Translations under genes and position numbers: made by a program
In this document: piece by piece, positions 25,459-28,302 of the stretch
Layout of the letters: each line of letters begins with the position of its first letter
How positions within the stretch are numbered: position 1 is the stretch's first letter
The notes under the pieces: generated by a model
Database searches by the model: none
Told to the model about the DNA's origin: nothing
Seen by the model: the letters and a program-made list of their open reading frames with translations, nothing else
DNA from: a virus
Taxonomy: Duplodnaviria; Caudoviricetes
Reading direction: 5' to 3' (one strand)
DNA length: 28,302 nucleotides
IMG/VR virus record: IMGVR_UViG_3300038552_000015
Coordinates: 1-28,302 of that record

Positions 25459-25642
25459 GAGTCACCTTAGTTTTATTTTTAGCCCAATAAAACATATTAT
25501 CTTCACTGGGGTCGAATTGTCCAGACCAACTCTCTATTGCATCTTTAATATATTCTTTAACTACTCTAGGGTCTAAAGGTTGTCCATCAGTTCCTGTAGT
25601 GGGAACTTTAATTTTAAATGTAATCCATTTCTTTGGTTTCAC
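25445..25642 (-). CDS. Hypothetical protein
   Basis: 65 aa, GGAG RBS, GTGA overlap with the upstream gene. Confidence 0.65.
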   Translation of the reverse strand: MKPKKWITFKIKVPTTGTDGQPLDPRVVKEYIKDAIESWSGQFDPSEDNMFYWAKNKTKVTRVRA

Positions 25643-25914
25643 GGATTGAGTTCTCCACGTCTTTTCCTGAGTTCTGTTAGAAAGGTTTTGCAGATGTAGT
25701 CAATAGCAAGTTCGTCATTGTTAGTTGCAGGACGAACCTTATAGACTCCATCGAGTTTTGAATTCATGAATTCTACAAAGAGTTCTGCATCAAATGCCAT
25801 TGCCCAACCACCGCGCGGATCATTCCAAAGTTCCGGCCAGTGGGTATACAATTCTTTCCTGAGTTCATTGTAGCTCTCAGGAAACATGAAGATATTTTTA
25901 GGGTCTATTGGCAT
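25639..25914 (-). CDS. Hypothetical protein
   Basis: 91-aa ORF in the tightly packed operon. Confidence 0.7.
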   Translation of the reverse strand: MPIDPKNIFMFPESYNELRKELYTHWPELWNDPRGGWAMAFDAELFVEFMNSKLDGVYKVRPATNNDELAIDYICKTFLTELRKRRGELNP

Positions 25915-26026
25915 AGTAAAGCAACATTCTTTTCATGCGAATAACTTCTGCATTGCGCTTGTAGTAGGCGCGATTACGTTTTCTTTTCTTTGCTAGTGAT
26001 GCTGACTTTTGTTTTCTTTTCTCCAC
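25898..26026 (-). CDS. Candidate small basic protein (42 aa, below the ORF-track cutoff)
   Basis: Manual translation from the GTG at 26026: MEKRKQKSASLAKKRKRNRAYYKRNAEVIRMKRMLLYYANRP. It fills the 25915-25973 gap; the RBS is weak. Confidence 0.4.
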   Translation of the reverse strand: MEKRKQKSASLAKKRKRNRAYYKRNAEVIRMKRMLLYYANRP

Positions 26027-26159
26027 GGACAACTGAACCGTTTCTGCGAACGCAGATATGCAAGTATTCATTTGCACTTAATCCCCATTGCTGGGAAGGG
26101 CCGGAGACTGTTCTAATCTTTCCTCCAGCTTTTCTGCACGCATCAAATTCTGCTGGCAT
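25974..26159 (-). CDS. Small hypothetical phage protein
   Basis: 61 aa with an AGGAG RBS. 'MPAEFDAC.K.GGKIRT...YLHIC'. Confidence 0.7.
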   Translation of the reverse strand: MPAEFDACRKAGGKIRTVSGPSQQWGLSANEYLHICVRRNGSVVRGEKKTKVSITSKEKKT

Positions 26160-26168
26160 GGTAATCTC

Positions 26169-26477
26169 CTATTCAGGGTGCCATTTACCATCAAAACAGT
26201 GCTTGACTTCATGACCAAGAACATACATTTCTCTGTAGTTTGTTTCAGTAGCAAAATCTTTAGCTACTATGGTACAGATGCCATCGTCTGCAATGAATTG
26301 GCAGCCAAGAATCTTTTGATTGCCATAAGATTTCGTAGCCATTGCAGCACAGAATTTGTGTGGGTCTGCTACACGCAGCCAACGGATTTTAACTACGTCA
26401 GATTGCGCGCAGCTAGTTAGTAGAACTGTTGCAGAGCAAATGCAACTCAGCAGCCGAACGATACTGGAAAATTTCAT
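26169..26477 (-). CDS. Putative lipoprotein with HEXXH minimal zinc-peptidase motif
   Basis: Signal-like N-terminus ending in LLTS|C, and 'YVLGHEVKHC' near the C-terminus. Confidence 0.6.
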   Translation of the reverse strand: MKFSSIVRLLSCICSATVLLTSCAQSDVVKIRWLRVADPHKFCAAMATKSYGNQKILGCQFIADDGICTIVAKDFATETNYREMYVLGHEVKHCFDGKWHPE

Positions 26478-26586
26478 AACAACGATACGTCTGTTCGTTG
26501 AAAATATAAGTACCTATGACAAGTAGAAAAGCTACTGAAAGGATGCCAATCAGTATGGCAAGCACAATTTTATCGCCGGTGTCCAT
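26413..26586 (-). CDS. Small membrane protein (57 aa, below the ORF-track cutoff)
   Basis: Manual translation: MDTGDKIVLAILIGILSVAFLLVIGTYIFNEQTYRCYEIFQYRSAAELHLLCNSSTN. GGAG RBS; starts 2 nt after the previous stop; one TM helix. Confidence 0.7.
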   Translation of the reverse strand: MDTGDKIVLAILIGILSVAFLLVIGTYIFNEQTYRCYEIFQYRSAAELHLLCNSSTN

Positions 26587-26588
26587 AA

Positions 26589-26831
26589 TCAGAGATTCTC
26601 CGAACGGTTGAATGATACGAGTTTGAATTCGATTTCGCCTTTATCTCGGTGCCGAGTAATCTCTAACTTTCCCGGTATCGGAAGTTCCAGTGCTCGGCGC
26701 GGAGCCACTTCTCTTGCTTTTTCTTTTTTTACAGCTTGGATTAATGTATTCATTTTCTCTGGCTTGCATCGCACTGTGATTTTCCTGTGCTTTTTGAGAG
26801 CAATCCAGATAGAAGTGTAACGTCTAGACAC
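26589..26831 (-). CDS. Small basic hypothetical protein
   Basis: 80 aa, GTG start 2 nt after the previous stop, AAGGT upstream. Confidence 0.7.
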   Translation of the reverse strand: MSRRYTSIWIALKKHRKITVRCKPEKMNTLIQAVKKEKAREVAPRRALELPIPGKLEITRHRDKGEIEFKLVSFNRSENL

Positions 26832-26833
26832 AG

Positions 26834-27160
26834 CTAGATACCTTCTGAGTTTGCATGATCGTAGACAATTCCGGTTTGCGGAGTTTCCACAATCTCAAAG
26901 TCTAGTTTCTGTCCTTCTTCTGAGGACTTTCTCCGCCTAATATGAAAAGTAGAAGTTCCAGAAGAAGGAGCAAACATAGCGCAAACAGACAGGCTACTAC
27001 TACCATCATCAACGCCAATATCTCGTAGCAAATCTTTATGGCGAGAGTAGCACTTGACCAAACGTATGCGAAGAGCATCATGCGTTTTGAAATTACTTGT
27101 CTTGATTGTTATATGTTTTTCTTCTACAAGACGGTTGAAGATTTCAAGAACTGATGCCAC
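26834..27160 (-). CDS. Hypothetical protein
   Basis: Likely GTG start at 27160 (GAAGGA upstream); the ORF extends to 27181. Confidence 0.65.
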   Translation of the reverse strand: MASVLEIFNRLVEEKHITIKTSNFKTHDALRIRLVKCYSRHKDLLRDIGVDDGSSSLSVCAMFAPSSGTSTFHIRRRKSSEEGQKLDFEIVETPQTGIVYDHANSEGI

Positions 27161-27401
27161 TCTGTTTCTTCCTTCGCGCAATCTCCCTAGCTCCCTGATG
27201 TGGAGCGTATTTAGACACAGTACGCATTTCCCGCGTTTTCATCAGGATGCCCATGCCTACCATGTTGGAAGTTTGCAGAGCTACTTGTTTCTTCAGTTGC
27301 TCTGCATTGTACGATGCCATCGTGAAGATATTTTTCGCAGCAGACTGCGATGGCTTGGAGGGAGTTACAGGAAGGTTAGTTTTAGGACGGGGTTTATCCA
27401 T
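27144..27401 (-). CDS. Small basic hypothetical protein
   Basis: Start reassigned to the ATG at 27401 (AGAGG RBS). C-terminal 'SKYAPHQGAREIARRK'. Confidence 0.65.
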   Translation of the reverse strand: MDKPRPKTNLPVTPSKPSQSAAKNIFTMASYNAEQLKKQVALQTSNMVGMGILMKTREMRTVSKYAPHQGAREIARRKKQSGISS

Positions 27402-27419
27402 CTTTGTGCCTCTTTCTAC

Positions 27420-27448
27420 ATAGTAGAGATAACACTTCACTGTATAAA
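27420..27448 (-). promoter_or_regulatory. Putative sigma70-type promoter for the replication operon
   Basis: TTTATA-N17-TACTAT (4/6 and 4/6 matches to consensus), ending 18 nt upstream of the ATG at 27401. Confidence 0.4.
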
Positions 27449-27562
27449 GAATATGAGGGTTACTCGGAGCACTCTTCCCTCGCGTTATTGTCTGAGCGTT
27501 GTGTGCCAGATTGTCCACGGATGTTTTGGCCTCAATTAGTTTGCCGGATGTCCGTTACGCAG

Positions 27563-27764
27563 TTTGTGGGGTACTTCGTCCAACTACCTAGGAGAGCACT
27601 GCTTTCATTTTTGATGGGCTTAACTTCACCATCCCAGTGCTCTCTTAGGTAGAACCTCACAGCACGTTACTGCAAGGTTTGGCCTCTACCTAACTGGTTA
27701 CTGTGGTTCCAGTGTGCTTTTTATAATCCCACAAAATCTAGGTAGCTAGCCTAGAATAAGCACA
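27563..27764 (-). ncRNA. Candidate structured non-coding RNA downstream of the hammerhead
   Basis: 18-bp inverted repeat with one mismatch (27584-27601 / 27635-27652) enclosing GATGG/CCATC. Long-range TTTGTGGG/CCCACAAA (27563-27570 / 27728-27735). Also TCTAGG/CCTAGA, TGTGCTT/AAGCACA and ACTGG/CCAGT stems. The strand is inferred from the flanking genes. Confidence 0.5.
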
Positions 27765-27778
27765 GCATCTATTAAATT

Positions 27779-27858
27779 ACCAAGACGAGAAAGGGAGGAT
27801 ACAATCCATTTGTAACCCTTCCTCGTTTCGCTGGAATTTCACCAGCTCATCAGTTGGT
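27779..27858 (-). ncRNA. Type I hammerhead ribozyme
   Basis: The - strand reads ACCAA-CUGAUGA-GCUGG(UGAAAUU)CCAGC-GAAA-CGAGGAAGGG...CCCUUUCUCG-UC^UUGGU. It has the full catalytic core, stems I, II and III all pair, and the GUC triplet is at 27786-27784. Confidence 0.92.
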
Positions 27859-28302
27859 TTACAGAGCTTCGGAAAGAATCTTCTCTTCCTCGGCCAGCAG
27901 ACTGTCAACCCGATTGCTCAGGTATTCGTACACAGTCTGGTTATCTTCCATGCTGCCAGTGTTTGCAGCCCAGACAGCAAGCATCTCTTTAAGAACACCG
28001 AGAGCTTTCTTGTCATTGCGGCAGGGCGCAAATTTCTTCTGGAAAAGCTGGATATGCTTTTCGATCCGGTCAGCATCTTTGCCAGTGGCCGCCGCCATGA
28101 TTGCGCGGTAGTCAGCAGCAAAATCGTTCCAATCTTCGTCGCTGATACCAAGGCCAGCACGCTGCGCTTTTGGAATGCTGGCAATGACCGACCAACTAGC
28201 TTGCGACAGGTCAATCATTTCAGGCTTGATTTCAGCATCTGCCGGAAGTTTCTCACGCACTTCATTGATGACAGTGCGCAGACGCCCGTACACAGTATCA
28301 GC
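27859..28302 (-). CDS. Hypothetical helical protein, 5'-truncated
   Basis: The frame is open to the window edge (148 codons including the stop). It appears more GC-rich at third positions than its neighbours. Confidence 0.8.
   Translation of the reverse strand, partial: ADTVYGRLRTVINEVREKLPADAEIKPEMIDLSQASWSVIASIPKAQRAGLGISDEDWNDFAADYRAIMAAATGKDADRIEKHIQLFQKKFAPCRNDKKALGVLKEMLAVWAANTGSMEDNQTVYEYLSNRVDSLLAEEEKILSEAL

Noticed and set aside
27584-27652. Twister-ribozyme resemblance on the - strand (CUACC-UAA...GAUGG-UGAAGUUAAGC-CCAUC)
   Set aside because: The loop is longer than in twister L4, the conserved 3' internal-loop/pseudoknot strand is missing, and the region pairs as a simple long stem.
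27532-27660. 42-codon GTG-started ORF on the - strand within the structured region (MRFYLREHWDGEVK...)
   Set aside because: No RBS, and it lies within a long hairpin. Not excluded, but unsupported.
27402-27858. tRNA gene in the intergenic region
   Set aside because: No T-loop GTTCRA with a cloverleaf could be found on either strand.
1-28302. Apparent abundance of CTAG and possible stop-codon recoding
   Set aside because: CTAG frequency was not quantified. Long ORFs are intact under the standard code and TAG, TAA and TGA all end genes.

Overview
This window is a 28.3 kb piece of a tailed dsDNA phage genome, probably podovirus-like: it has a P22 gp10-like tail stabilisation protein and three consecutive putative ejection proteins, with no tape-measure or tail-tube genes visible. 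Two convergent, tightly packed gene blocks are present. The + strand (1-16693) is the late block: tail and fibre proteins, a GT-A glycosyltransferase and SAM methyltransferase pair, a DUF5675-type putative endolysin, a holin-like protein, and three internal virion proteins, one with a lytic transglycosylase domain. The - strand (16650-28302) is the replication/early block: a MazG-like NTP pyrophosphohydrolase, DUF3987-type ATPase/helicase, family A DNA polymerase, SSB-like protein, Nmad1/DUF1599-like protein, AAA_24 ATPase, Cas4-like nuclease and many small ORFs. The clearest unannotated signal is a complete type I hammerhead ribozyme on the - strand (27779-27858). It starts at the first base after a stop codon and is followed by about 250 nt of strongly base-paired non-coding sequence. 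The second highlight is a candidate virion glycosylation/methylation module placed just after a repeat-built fibre that is rich in N-X-S/T sequons. All family assignments come from recognising motifs by eye; no database search was run.
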